Of a stretch of DNA of 64,000 nucleotides, positions 1 to 10,470 are shown piece by piece. The notes beneath the pieces were generated by a model. It was given only the letters and a program-made list of their open reading frames with translations. It ran no database searches and was not told where the DNA came from. Location: NCBI GenBank assembly GCA_010356995.1, contig ML996689.1, positions 62,001 to 126,000 on the forward strand, read 5' to 3'. Numbering within the stretch: position 1 is the first letter of the stretch; each line of letters begins with the position of its first letter. This stretch comes from Trichodelitschia bisporula. Taxonomy: Eukaryota. The translations under genes were made by a program, and so were the position numbers.

Positions 1-1271
1 CTCCAGAGGCTCCTTCTATCTCCACAGCATCCTTCTGCTTAACAGCACTCTCTGCTTCACAGCTCGCGAGGACCAAACTCCCCAGCAGATACACCGCTTC
101 ATTGATCTCTCGGGTGCCTCGATGGAGTCCCAAGGCTCAAATTTCTCCACGGAAGACCCCAGAGCCTCTCGGCCGGGGATTAAAGTGAAATCAAGCGGCG
201 GTACGAGTTGATGATGGCTTTATTTCGATGGTCCTTTCGAGCTACATAAGGGAGAACTGCCGGTACGAGTTGAACCGTAGTCTTGATCCGATTCGCTATG
301 AGGTCATGTGCTTACGGTCGTTTACGAGGCAGCCACAGGTCATACTCGTCTATGACAACTTTGACATGATGGATACCGTTCGGGATCAGAATGTGGGGTC
401 GAGCGGTGACTCCATGTTCAAGGCCCGCCGTCCAAGAACACCCGCGCCGAGCTTCCCACTCTCCCTACGAGCCCTCTGAGTTTGAGGCCGAAACCTATTT
501 TTACGGCTTCCCCAGCCAGTCGTCCCGTCTCGTTGCTCGGGCCAGCTTCAACGTCTGGATGAGGCCGAAGGGTCCCGAGGCGTACCTGAACTCGGTTCTA
601 TGATGGCATGGCAATGCAGAAAGAATTTAAGTCCGTGTAGAAGGAGCACTTCTGCGAGATCGAGCAGTTCTCTCGCAGCCAGAAGCGTCAGAGGGCTGGA
701 GTAGAGCCGGAGTATATTGAGCCATTCCAGATCTTTGGGGCGCGGCCCGGAATAGCGGTCGCCAGCCTGTCCCGTCTAAGCGCGTCAAGGAGAAATATGA
801 AAGGTGTGGTAGTCCAGACAGTAAGAGTATGCCTGTACAGGGTAGCACGTGATTATGATCACATGATTAGTGGCATGGGTTTGCCAAGAGGTGGATGGAG
901 GAAGGAGCCATGGAGGAGCTATGAGTATATGATGGCAAAGTTTTCCTTTCCCTCTCTTCTCTCCCCATCCATCTACAAGAATACCGTACAGAATCCAAAA
1001 TTTGTTCTGTTCACGTTTCGTGTTGTCATTTGTTGCTTTGATTGACTACGTCACTCTGAGAGTCGCCCTCTCACCACCAGATGTTGAGATGAAGGTTTCT
1101 ATATTGCTCAGCAGTAACCATGACATGCCTACCGCATCGCTCCTTGCTTTTCCTGCAGAACGTGCAAATGTCCTGATAGCTTTTGCGCCAAACGCTCCAA
1201 ATGCCAAATTAACATAAGCCGTTCAAGAGGACAGAGCTTCAATCGTCCTCAAATGCCTAAACCCTAGCATC

Positions 1272-4200
1272 TTACTTCTTCCCCCAATACCGGCTCACCA
1301 CCTCACTACCACTGCCCTCCGCGTCCTCCGCGTCCGCTGCCAGCCGCTTACCCCTCTTCCCAGTGGACCTCCGCGTCGCGCGCCTCTTCGGCGGCTCCGG
1401 AGCCACATCCTCCACCACCACCTCTTCCTCCTCCTCGCTGTCTGGAACGGCCTTCGCCTTCGGAATGGGCCTCGCCTTCGGAACAGCCCTCGCCTTCGCA
1501 ACAGGCTTCGCCTTCGGAACGGGCTTAGCCTTCGGAACAATAACCACCACGCCCCTTGCCCGACGCGTCGTCCGCTTAAACGGCTCGGGTTCGGGCTCGG
1601 GAGCTAGATCCTCGGTCTCGCCTTCTGAGTCCGGCACGGGCCCCGGGGCTCGCTTCGCCACTTCCGGCGAGTCCTCTAGCTCCATTTCGTCCTCGGAGTC
1701 GGGCACGGGCGCCCGCGTTGGCACCACTGGTTCGGCCTCTTCCACCTCCTCTTTGGAGTCGCGAACGGGATCGCGCGTCATGCGTCTGCTGCGCCGCTGG
1801 GGTGACGAGGCGGGAGGGTGCACGTCAGACATGATGTCTTCTCCGTCGTCCATGACGTCGTCCTCGTCTTCCGTATCTGGCACTGCGGCCTTGCGCATTG
1901 CGGCTACGGCTGCGGCGCCGGCGGAGCGGCGGGAACGACGGACAGGTGGGGAGGGGACTGAGGCTGGGACGTCGCCGGCCATTAGCAGATCTTCGTCTTC
2001 GTCTTCGCTGTCGCGGATGGCGACTTTACGGGACTTTTTGGTTGTCGATTTGCGCTGCTTGCGGGCGGCGGGGACTGCGGCTGGAATGTCGGGCATCGAG
2101 AGATCTTCGTCTTCGTCTTCGCTGTCGGGAATGGCGGCTTTGCGAGGCTTCTTGCCCGTTGATTTGCGTGGTTTGCGGGAGGCGGGTACGTCGGGGGTTT
2201 CGGCGGGGCTGCTGAGTTCGGAGTCGCCCTTCGTCACTTCATCGTCCGGCGTCTGCTGTATATGAAGCGACTGCAGCGATTGCAGAGACGTGGGTGTGAA
2301 GGGATACTTCGACTTGACCTTCTCTCCGCCGTCCTTGTCCTCGTGCTGGTGATCGATCTCCAGCTCATGATGGTGTTCCTCGCCCTCGCCGGCGGGCAAG
2401 AAACCCCCAGCCTCATGCTCATCTCCAGCTGTGAAGAAACCGCCACCCTCCTGCTCCTCTCCAGGCGCAAAGAAACCCCCCTCTTCCCTAGGTCCAAGGC
2501 CCCCGTCCTCAACCTGACCTTCAACCACAGGCCTCGCGCCCCCCAGCCCCTTCTTAACAAACGGATTCATCGCCTCCGGCAAATTCCCATCCTGATCGCC
2601 ATACTCCTTCCTCACCCGATCCATAACCCTCAAGCCAAGACAAAACTTCCTCCACAGCCCCAGCAGCATCTGCTCCCTCTTCTTATCCTCCCTCTCCTGC
2701 TTCCTCCTCTCCTCCTCCTCCCACGCCTCAATAAGCGCATCCTCATGCTCCGCCGCAACCACCACCCCCGTAAGCACCGGCACCGCCCTCCTCCCCCCAA
2801 ACTCAAACCCCGTACACGCCTCCGCATAATCAATCCCCATCCTCCTACATAACTTCCCAGTGCCTCTCAGCGGAACATGCACCGCCCCCTCCGGCACCAT
2901 ACTCGGAACATAAACATCAATATTCCCATACGCATTCTTCGGAATCCGTCCCCCTACTATCGGCGGCGGGATAATCCACTCCGTCTGCCCGAGCCCATAA
3001 AGTCCCTGCAAACTCTTCTCCCCACTCGCGCGCTCCGCCTCCGCCAGCTCGCGCCGCCGCGCCGTCGTGACTGCCCTGTACGGGACCCATTTGAGCGGCT
3101 GCTCGGCCTCGCGAATCGCCCGGCCCTCTTTGTGCCATGTCTCGACGCTCTTGCAGGGCACAACGTCTTTGCGCAGGTACACCGGCTCGCGGACTTCGGG
3201 GACTTTCTTGCCGTCTTTTGTGCTGGCCTTCTTGACGACGAAGTCGCGCACGGGCTTCACACCTCGTTGTAAAGCTTCTTCCCGCCGCAGGTGTCGCTCC
3301 AACACGTACTTCCCACTCGCCTTAAACGCAGTGAGGGATTCCGGCTCATCCGTCACGTTCTTCGGTGCGCGCACGGGCGCCACGCGCTGCAGGTCCGTGG
3401 CGTCTTCGATATCATCCGCGAGAGTGCGTTTCTGCGGATGTCGTGTGTACCCCCCCATCACGCGCTTGAACCAGTCCAGCTGCTCGAAGCGAATGGCGCG
3501 GCCTAGTTTATTGAAGATCGGGATCTTGATGGGCGGCAGGCGCATGCCCCGTGTCTTGCCGGGCCACACGTGCTTCTTGAGATAGCGCACTGTGACGTCT
3601 TTCGCGGTGCCGTCGGGCGAGTAGGCTACGACGTAGGCGATGACTTGCTTTGCCTTTTCGGCGGGGCCGCCGCGGGGCTCGAAGAGGGCGAGGTGTTCGG
3701 GGTTGGTGGCGACGGTGGGCGCGAGGAGGGTTGAGACGGGGTAGTATATGTTTGATACTGGGGAGAGGACTTCGGTCCAGTAGGTTGGGAACTTGAGATC
3801 GCGGTCGTAGGACACGGATGCTTGTTTCCGCGGCGTGACGTGCACGGAGACGGCGGAGTCGGAGTCGGCGTCGGAATCGGCGTCGGCTTCGGAACCTGAG
3901 TCCGGTGCCGTGCTGAGGTCGCTGCTTTCGTCGCCGAGACTCATCGGTGCGGACAGAGTCCCACGCTCGGAACGCCGGGTCGGTCTTACAGGCCGGCTGG
4001 AAGAGCCAGCTGATGTTTTAGGAGCCGCACGCTTCGCGCGCTTCTTCGGCGGTGCCTCGCTCTCCTCATGAACCTCTACTGGCTTGACGGGCGGCTTGCG
4101 CGGGCCGGCCTCCTCAGTCTTTGTCCACCCAAACCCCACAGGCTGCAAACTCGCCACAAGCCTTGCCTCAATACCCAGGCCTCTTAGCAGCGCCGTAAAT

Positions 4201-5387
4201 AACTGAGCACTCACATCACGACTCCCCTCGCACCGTCTCGCCGCATCGCGGAATTCATCCAAATTCGCAATGCGCTCGCCGAACCGTGCAGGGTCATGCT
4301 CCTCCGTCTCAAAAGCAGTGACTTCAGCCTCGAGCTCCTTCGTCGAGCGATACCCCTGTTTGCGCAGGGACGGAGCCGTGACGCGGAAGCGCTTCTTCCA
4401 GTACGCGGCTAGGTACTTGAGCAGGCGGAGGAGCGGGTTAGGGCCTGAGGGCGCCGGTGCCGCCAGGCCTTTGCCCTTGTCCTTCTTCTTTATCGCGGGC
4501 GCGGGCTCTAGCGTTGCTTTCCATTTTGCAACTTCGGCCTGCATGCCCGCCCCCAGGCCGTCTACGAGCGACTTTTGTACCTCCGCGTCCGAAATCCAGG
4601 AATTGCGGATCGCGTTATGCCACAGCAGGTAGAGGACGTGCAGGCGGTGGGTCTGCACGCGGATGTACCGCTCTACTTTCGTCGGGCCCTTGCGGCCAGT
4701 TGTTGAGAAATCGTCTACCACGCCGGTGCCGGCTGTGAATGTGATTTCGAGGTCGCCGGAGGGCTCGGGGCCTTCGATGGCGGGAGCTAGCGCGTCTTCC
4801 CAGTCTTCTTCCTCCTCGCTGTCTGCGGCTGGTTTGGCGGAGATGACGTCTTCGAATTCGTCGCTGGCGGATTCGCTGTCGTTGCTACTCTCGGCGATGG
4901 CATTGGGGATGTTGACGGCCACTGTGGACGACTCGGGGGCGTCGAGGTCGTCAAAGATGGTCTTTTTCGGTCTTCCCACTGCACGTTTAGGTGGCTTCGA
5001 CGGAGGCGCAGGCTTCGATTTGGCCTTCCCCTCAGCCTTTTGCGTCGTTTTCGACTTCGGGATCGCCTTCGGTTTCGCCACAGCTCGAGTCCGCTTCTTG
5101 GGCGCAGGGGACCAATCCACCTCCTCCTCATTCTCATCTTCCTCTTCACTCTCTAGCTCACTCAGCTCATCGCTGCTCTCCTCCACATCCTCTTCGTGGG
5201 TATTGGCAACCTCCGCGGGGCGAAGTACCGGAGCGTCGAGATCCTCAAAGATAGTCTTCTTCGCTTTCGCGGCGGAGTTGGTCGCTCTAGGTTTCGGAAT
5301 TACAACATTGGGAGCTGCCGCAGCACGGCGAGGTCGCTTTTTTGGTTCTTCCTCAGAAGCAGAGGGAGCGCGCTTGCGTGGAGGCAT
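1272..5387 (-). CDS. RAD4: XPC/Rad4-family nucleotide excision repair protein (Rhp41/Rhp42-like)
   Basis: 1371-aa ORF. Transglutaminase-like domain (GSRDVSAQLFTALLRGLGIEARLVASLQP, FPTYWTEV, AKDVTVRY) followed by BHD1-3 motifs (YVLERHLRREE, KSVETWHKEGR, GLYGLGQT, IPKNAYGNIDVYVPSMVPEGAVH, DYAEACTGFEF). Long low-complexity tails at both ends. Confidence 0.93.
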   Translation of the reverse strand: MPPRKRAPSASEEEPKKRPRRAAAAPNVVIPKPRATNSAAKAKKTIFEDLDAPVLRPAEVANTHEEDVEESSDELSELESEEEDENEEEVDWSPAPKKRTRAVAKPKAIPKSKTTQKAEGKAKSKPAPPSKPPKRAVGRPKKTIFDDLDAPESSTVAVNIPNAIAESSNDSESASDEFEDVISAKPAADSEEEEDWEDALAPAIEGPEPSGDLEITFTAGTGVVDDFSTTGRKGPTKVERYIRVQTHRLHVLYLLWHNAIRNSWISDAEVQKSLVDGLGAGMQAEVAKWKATLEPAPAIKKKDKGKGLAAPAPSGPNPLLRLLKYLAAYWKKRFRVTAPSLRKQGYRSTKELEAEVTAFETEEHDPARFGERIANLDEFRDAARRCEGSRDVSAQLFTALLRGLGIEARLVASLQPVGFGWTKTEEAGPRKPPVKPVEVHEESEAPPKKRAKRAAPKTSAGSSSRPVRPTRRSERGTLSAPMSLGDESSDLSTAPDSGSEADADSDADSDSAVSVHVTPRKQASVSYDRDLKFPTYWTEVLSPVSNIYYPVSTLLAPTVATNPEHLALFEPRGGPAEKAKQVIAYVVAYSPDGTAKDVTVRYLKKHVWPGKTRGMRLPPIKIPIFNKLGRAIRFEQLDWFKRVMGGYTRHPQKRTLADDIEDATDLQRVAPVRAPKNVTDEPESLTAFKASGKYVLERHLRREEALQRGVKPVRDFVVKKASTKDGKKVPEVREPVYLRKDVVPCKSVETWHKEGRAIREAEQPLKWVPYRAVTTARRRELAEAERASGEKSLQGLYGLGQTEWIIPPPIVGGRIPKNAYGNIDVYVPSMVPEGAVHVPLRGTGKLCRRMGIDYAEACTGFEFGGRRAVPVLTGVVVAAEHEDALIEAWEEEERRKQEREDKKREQMLLGLWRKFCLGLRVMDRVRKEYGDQDGNLPEAMNPFVKKGLGGARPVVEGQVEDGGLGPREEGGFFAPGEEQEGGGFFTAGDEHEAGGFLPAGEGEEHHHELEIDHQHEDKDGGEKVKSKYPFTPTSLQSLQSLHIQQTPDDEVTKGDSELSSPAETPDVPASRKPRKSTGKKPRKAAIPDSEDEDEDLSMPDIPAAVPAARKQRKSTTKKSRKVAIRDSEDEDEDLLMAGDVPASVPSPPVRRSRRSAGAAAVAAMRKAAVPDTEDEDDVMDDGEDIMSDVHPPASSPQRRSRRMTRDPVRDSKEEVEEAEPVVPTRAPVPDSEDEMELEDSPEVAKRAPGPVPDSEGETEDLAPEPEPEPFKRTTRRARGVVVIVPKAKPVPKAKPVAKARAVPKARPIPKAKAVPDSEEEEEVVVEDVAPEPPKRRATRRSTGKRGKRLAADAEDAEGSGSEVVSRYWGKK

Positions 5388-6131
5388 TGTGAAGTGTCGG
5401 ATTCCACGGTGGCGACGCCGGAGGTGAGGCGGAAAGCCCCGATGATGCTATCGTTCAACAGAATTGAGTGCTCGAGATAAGGAAAGGAGAGCTTCGAATC
5501 AGATTCTAAAGGCAGCAAGCACAAAAGAAACAGCAACGCGATGCAATGACGACTTCGGTCGATGGTACCTGTTGCCAGCGACTCGAGGCGACGGCAGCTT
5601 ACGGATGAGGTCGCGCAGCGTGGCGCGTAGTCACATGATGTAAATCACCCTGTCTAGCCTCTTCTGGACATCGTCTGCATCATCAGCCTCGCTTCGGGAC
5701 AATAGACCTTCCGAAAAAGTTGTAACCGCTCCGTTGGGGATACTTGCGGACTGGAATGGCCAGGAATTTCTCACGCGGCCTTCACACATGATCAGAGCAA
5801 GAAGAGTCGCCGTCGCTTTTACAACGCCGATTTTGGCCTTAACATGGAAGATTTCGTACATACGAAGCATGAAAAGCATTCGCGATGTAGACGGGACGAT
5901 AAGTTCCTTCATAAAGGTCGGATGTCAATCGGCAAATGGCCCGACCGTGAAGCAGATGTCGACGAGGTCACATAAAAAAATTCATGACGTGTGAGCAGCT
6001 TGACAGACAGACAGCTGCATGAAGCCAAGTAAGAAACCGCCTTCTAACCTCGCCGCTAAAATCACCAGCATCAGCTTTTTTCCATCATGCAATCCCGAGA
6101 TATCAACCACCACACTCATCCCTTCATCCCT

Positions 6132-8081
6132 TCATCCCTTCTTCCCAGTATCAAGCCAACTAGGCTCAATTCCCCCACAAACCGCCACATAATCCGCCCA
6201 CCTCTCCACCTCCCCTTCAATTTCATCCCCCGTCCAAAACATAGTCCACTTCCCCCCAGGAATCCTCCACGTCCCCCCCGCCCTCTCAAAATACCACTTA
6301 TTAACCGGATTATCCACCCTACTCCTCCACACCACGCCCCCCGGCAAACACGTCCTAACCATAGCATTAAACACCACATCCGCCACGCCCCCACTTCCCT
6401 GCGCCCGTCGCAGCACGGCAAATTTATCAAGGTATGGCACGGCGGGCCGACCCTGCCCGGGGTCCTCCCACGTGAGTATCGCGCCCCCCTCGTACTCCCC
6501 CGCGACGATGATACCGGCTACCCTCCCCTGGATGCGGGAGAGGTAGTGCGCGGCGTCCAAAGGCCTGCCGAAGGAATCTTCAATCAGGTGTCTCAGACGC
6601 GCGAAGTCGATCCGCGGGTCCGATTCTAGGCGCAGTGGGCTGCCGCCCGGGCCGGGGGGGAGCCACGGCTCCGTGCGCGGGTCCGGGATCACGGTCAGTG
6701 GCATGCCGCGCTTGAAGAACGTCGCGGGCGTAGACGAGCCGGCGGGCGCGAGCCGGCCCACCGGCAGGGAAGAGGATATGACGGGCCGGTCGGTGAGCAA
6801 GTTATGCAGCAGCGGATTCCGCTTTGGGCGCGTGCGCACACCCGTCTCGGGCACTTGAGGTGCAACGAGCGCACTCGATGCCGCTTCAGCGGGCGTCGTC
6901 AGCAGGGCTGAGCATGTCGGCGGGACCAGCGCCAGGGCATGTCGAATCAGATCCAGATTCTGCAGCGCGCGGTCATTCCCCGTGTTCTGCATATCCTCGC
7001 GTGTTTCCCCGTACTCCTGCTCCAGATTAATAAAAATATGCGCGCCGTCGGGCCGCCTTGGCGCCGGAATCCCACCCAGCGGGTCAAGGACGATGATTCG
7101 ATCTAAACTTGTGGGCGGTAGATCCGCGTCGATGGGGTTGAGGCCAGCGAAGAGTCGTGTTAGCGCTAGGACTACGTCATCGGCGCTCACGCGCTGGACT
7201 TGCGATGTAGGACTGTAGGCGAGGGGCGGGATGACGAGCACGCGGCCGTGGGAGAGGGGGGAGAGGAAGAGTTTGTGTAGGTGCGCGTCGACGCCGGTGT
7301 TGACTTTGATGTTTGAGGGGATGGCGTTGGAGATGGGGGTGATGGTGAGGGCTTGCGATACTATGCTGGCTTGGACGTGCCGGTGTTGCTGGATTGCGTT
7401 GGCGATGCGCGCGGATTGGGTCATTACGCTATCCCGCCATTCCGGCGTGAGGGGGGGAGTGGAGGGGGGCGGCGTGGGCGGGTCGTCGTCTACTACGACT
7501 ACGCTCAGGAGACCGAGGCGGGCGAGTTGGGCGAGGGTCAGGCCGACGCCGCTGAGGGTTTCATCGTTTAAGGACTGTGGCTCGCGGATTTTGACGATGG
7601 CGACGTGGAGAGGTTCGGTTGTGCGGGGGACGAGTAGGTCGGGGAGCGGCTGGTGAGTGAAGACGGGGCTGTCCTCGATGGACTTGATGGTGCCGTAGAG
7701 ACCGCCGAGATTAACGCCGCTCTTGTACAGCCGCCAGTCGTGATCGCGGGCTACCTCGGGTTGCTTAATCGGAGCCGGCTTCTTCCCCTTGTCCTGTTTG
7801 AAGCGCTTGAGGTACGTTTGCGCATCGCGCTTCGTGGCCGTGGTGCTCAAGACGGAGAGGAAGAAATCGCGGCGAGAGAGCATCTCCCTGACGCCATTCT
7901 GCGGCGTCTTTTTCGTATCAACATCTTTGCCTTGTCGCGAGCTGGTGCAAAGCGGACATCGGAGTCGCTTGAAGCTCTTGAGCTGGCCGGTTAGCGTGGG
8001 CGGGGTGGGGTATGACTGGAGACTGACATTGGGGACGGTCCGGCAGCCCCGCGCCGGAGAGCGGACGACGGAGTGCATCAT
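6132..8081 (-). CDS. ARG2: Mitochondrial amino-acid N-acetyltransferase (N-acetylglutamate synthase)
   Basis: RDFFLSVLSTTATKRDAQTYLKRF, RIIVLDPLGGIP, HIFINLEQEY, NPLLHNLLTDRPVISSSLP and a C-terminal NAT domain (PYLDKFAV, WRSRVDNPVNKWYFERA). Probable in-frame 45-nt intron at 7983-8027 (GTCAGT..GCTAAC..CAG). Confidence 0.9.
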   Translation of the reverse strand: MMHSVVRSPARGCRTVPNVSLQSYPTPPTLTGQLKSFKRLRCPLCTSSRQGKDVDTKKTPQNGVREMLSRRDFFLSVLSTTATKRDAQTYLKRFKQDKGKKPAPIKQPEVARDHDWRLYKSGVNLGGLYGTIKSIEDSPVFTHQPLPDLLVPRTTEPLHVAIVKIREPQSLNDETLSGVGLTLAQLARLGLLSVVVVDDDPPTPPPSTPPLTPEWRDSVMTQSARIANAIQQHRHVQASIVSQALTITPISNAIPSNIKVNTGVDAHLHKLFLSPLSHGRVLVIPPLAYSPTSQVQRVSADDVVLALTRLFAGLNPIDADLPPTSLDRIIVLDPLGGIPAPRRPDGAHIFINLEQEYGETREDMQNTGNDRALQNLDLIRHALALVPPTCSALLTTPAEAASSALVAPQVPETGVRTRPKRNPLLHNLLTDRPVISSSLPVGRLAPAGSSTPATFFKRGMPLTVIPDPRTEPWLPPGPGGSPLRLESDPRIDFARLRHLIEDSFGRPLDAAHYLSRIQGRVAGIIVAGEYEGGAILTWEDPGQGRPAVPYLDKFAVLRRAQGSGGVADVVFNAMVRTCLPGGVVWRSRVDNPVNKWYFERAGGTWRIPGGKWTMFWTGDEIEGEVERWADYVAVCGGIEPSWLDTGKKG

Positions 8082-8627
8082 TGCACTTTGACAGCATCAT
8101 ATGGCGGGGAAGAGCAGCATTGGAGAGGAATTGGGGTGATGGGCGGGCTCTAGGAGTCAATAAAGCAGGTTATTGGGCTGCACGACCGTGATCGCACCAT
8201 GCCCTCACATGCCGATCAAAAATCTTATCTTATCGGAAACTAGCGGAGGCTGGACCCGCTTTGTGCATTGCATTAGGGAAGTGTGCACGTGCATAACGCA
8301 AGGCGAGGTTTCAGCCTTTCGTGATGACAGACTACTCCATTAGTTCTAATCGCATAGGAAAGCGGCTAGAGCCCCAATTGCAATATCAATTGCTCGCTGC
8401 CGCCCAACTTCACCCCCATGTCTACATGATGTTCAACCCACGTAAGCGGCACCCTTGCTCCAGTGACTCCGACGCCCATAATTATCGCTGGGTATCATTG
8501 CTGACGAAGAAGCCGCCCGCAGCTGACCGCATAGTAGCCCTCGGCCTTCCCCTTATATCAGTCCTCAGCCAACCTCAGCAGTCCTCAGTTCCCCATCATA
8601 TTTTTCAGCCTCCAAAGCAACCCCGCC

Positions 8628-9626
8628 ATGACTCCCCGAATCGCCTGGATCGGCCTCGGCAACATGGGCCGGGTATGCCCTCCTCCCCACAATACCACCC
8701 TAACAGAGCACAGGGCATGTCCACCAACCTGGTCCGCAAAGCCTCCCTCTCCCGCCCCCTAATCCTCTTCAACCGGACCGCATCCCGAGCCGAGCAACAT
8801 GCTGCCACGCTGGGTGACTTGGCCGCCGTTGCGCCGACCCTTGAATCTGCTATTACGGACGCGGACATCATATTCACCTCCCTCGGCAGTGACTCCGCAG
8901 TAACATCCACCCTAGACTTCGCCCTATCCCTCCCCATCACAGGGAAACTCTTCGTCGAAACCTCCACCGTCGCCCCCTCCACCGCCTCCGCCCTCGCCTC
9001 ACGGATCACCGCCGCCGGCGCCTCCTACGTATCCATGCCCGTCTTCGGCGCGCCGCCGATGGCCGACGCCGGCGTGGTGGTGTGCGTTCTCGCGGGACCA
9101 GCCGAGGCCGTCGCGCGGGTGAAGCCGTACGCCGCCGGAGTCATAGGCCGCGCGAATATCGATCTCTCCGGGCAAGATCCGGGGCAGGCGCTGCTGCTCA
9201 AGGTGCTCGGGAACACGTTTATATTCGGGATGATAGAGACACTAGGGGCGGGGCTCGTGGCAGCCGAGAAGACCGGGCTCGGCGTGGGGTATATACAGCA
9301 GTTCGTGAATTTGCTGTTTCCGGGGCCGATGGCGATGTATGCGGAGCGGATGGTGGTGGGGACATACTGGCGGAAGGAGGTGAGTGTCCCCCTCCCGGTA
9401 AGGATGCCGTGCTGATGAACAGCCGCTCGGCCCGGTGGATGTCGCGCGGAAGGATGCGGGGCATGCGCTTGCGCTGGCGGAGGGGGCGGGGGCGCGGTTG
9501 CCCGTTGTGGAACTTGCGGAGGGGCATTTGAGGGCTGTGAAGGAGTATATGGGGGAGAGGGGGGATATTGCGGGGATATATGGCGCGTTGAGGCAGGAGG
9601 CGGGGTTGAAGTTTGAGAACGAGTAG
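8628..9626 (+). CDS. NAD(P)-binding 3-hydroxyisobutyrate/6-phosphogluconate dehydrogenase-family oxidoreductase
   Basis: Spliced model starts MTPRIAWIGLGNMG (Rossmann GxGxxG). Also FNRT, LFVETSTV, PVFGAP, LKVLGN and ARKDAGHAL. Introns at about 8673-8713 and 9380-9422. Confidence 0.85.
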
Positions 9627-10470
9627 CTGATCCGGCAAGGACCCGAGCGCCGTGGCGCTTATGGCGAGGGTGTCTTGTCATGGCTTGAAGGTTCGATTTC
9701 CCTATGCTTTTCGTTAGCGTGAGGTAACGATGGCTTTTGAAACTAAAGCTCATGAGGAGAAAGCTTGGTTCAAAGCTTCGACGTGGCCGGTCGCGGGGCT
9801 AGGTATCACTCCTTTTTTGTTCGCCGGAGCCGACATCCTGCTTCCCCAATTCCCCGAACCGGATATTGGGAATCTTATCCACGGCCCGACTGGAGATATG
9901 ACACCTCCCGGCAGCCGAATAGGTTGGGAGCCTGAGAACAACAGGCCAGCGGCCGAGTCAATCGCCTGATACGAGTGAAGGAGATTGCTCAAACTCCCAA
10001 CCGACTGCGTATCGAGGCCTAACCCGAGCGTCTCACGTATTGATAACAAAGGCCTAGTTCCCAGTTACCCAAAGCACTAAAGCAACAATTAAAGATTGCT
10101 ACTTACCGGTACCGCCCACCGCATATCCCAAACTCAGCTCCAACCCCACATCACCATTCAAATCCCCCTAGCGCCATGCACTTCCCCAGACCACGGTAAC
10201 CCTTCCGCACTCCGCTATCCCATGACTATCCACCCCAAATCCCATGCCCGGAACGCCACACCAGCCCAACCAACCAACTCGCGCCCCGGCCCGTCCCCGG
10301 AACAAGGTACCCGCAAGGCTGCCCAGACCCAGTCCACACACCCCGGATAATCGGCATCGCCACGCTAGAGGCGCATTAGAACCGCGCCACGGCCGTCACA
10401 GCAACATACTTAGAAGCTGAGATGGCACCGCGATGCCGTGTTGAAAGTTTGGCCTTTTGCCCCCACGATC

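Noticed and set aside
1..1200. 13-bp direct repeat CGGTACGAGTTGA (about 199 and 260) and short ORFs
   Set aside because: Too short and cut by the window edge; cannot be assigned to a gene or element.
1363..5427. Long antisense ORFs over XPC (and similarly over MSB2, GH31, GH3 and calpain, e.g. 24620-25636 and 60861-61892)
   Set aside because: Shadow ORFs expected opposite GC-rich coding sequence; low-complexity translations with no motifs.
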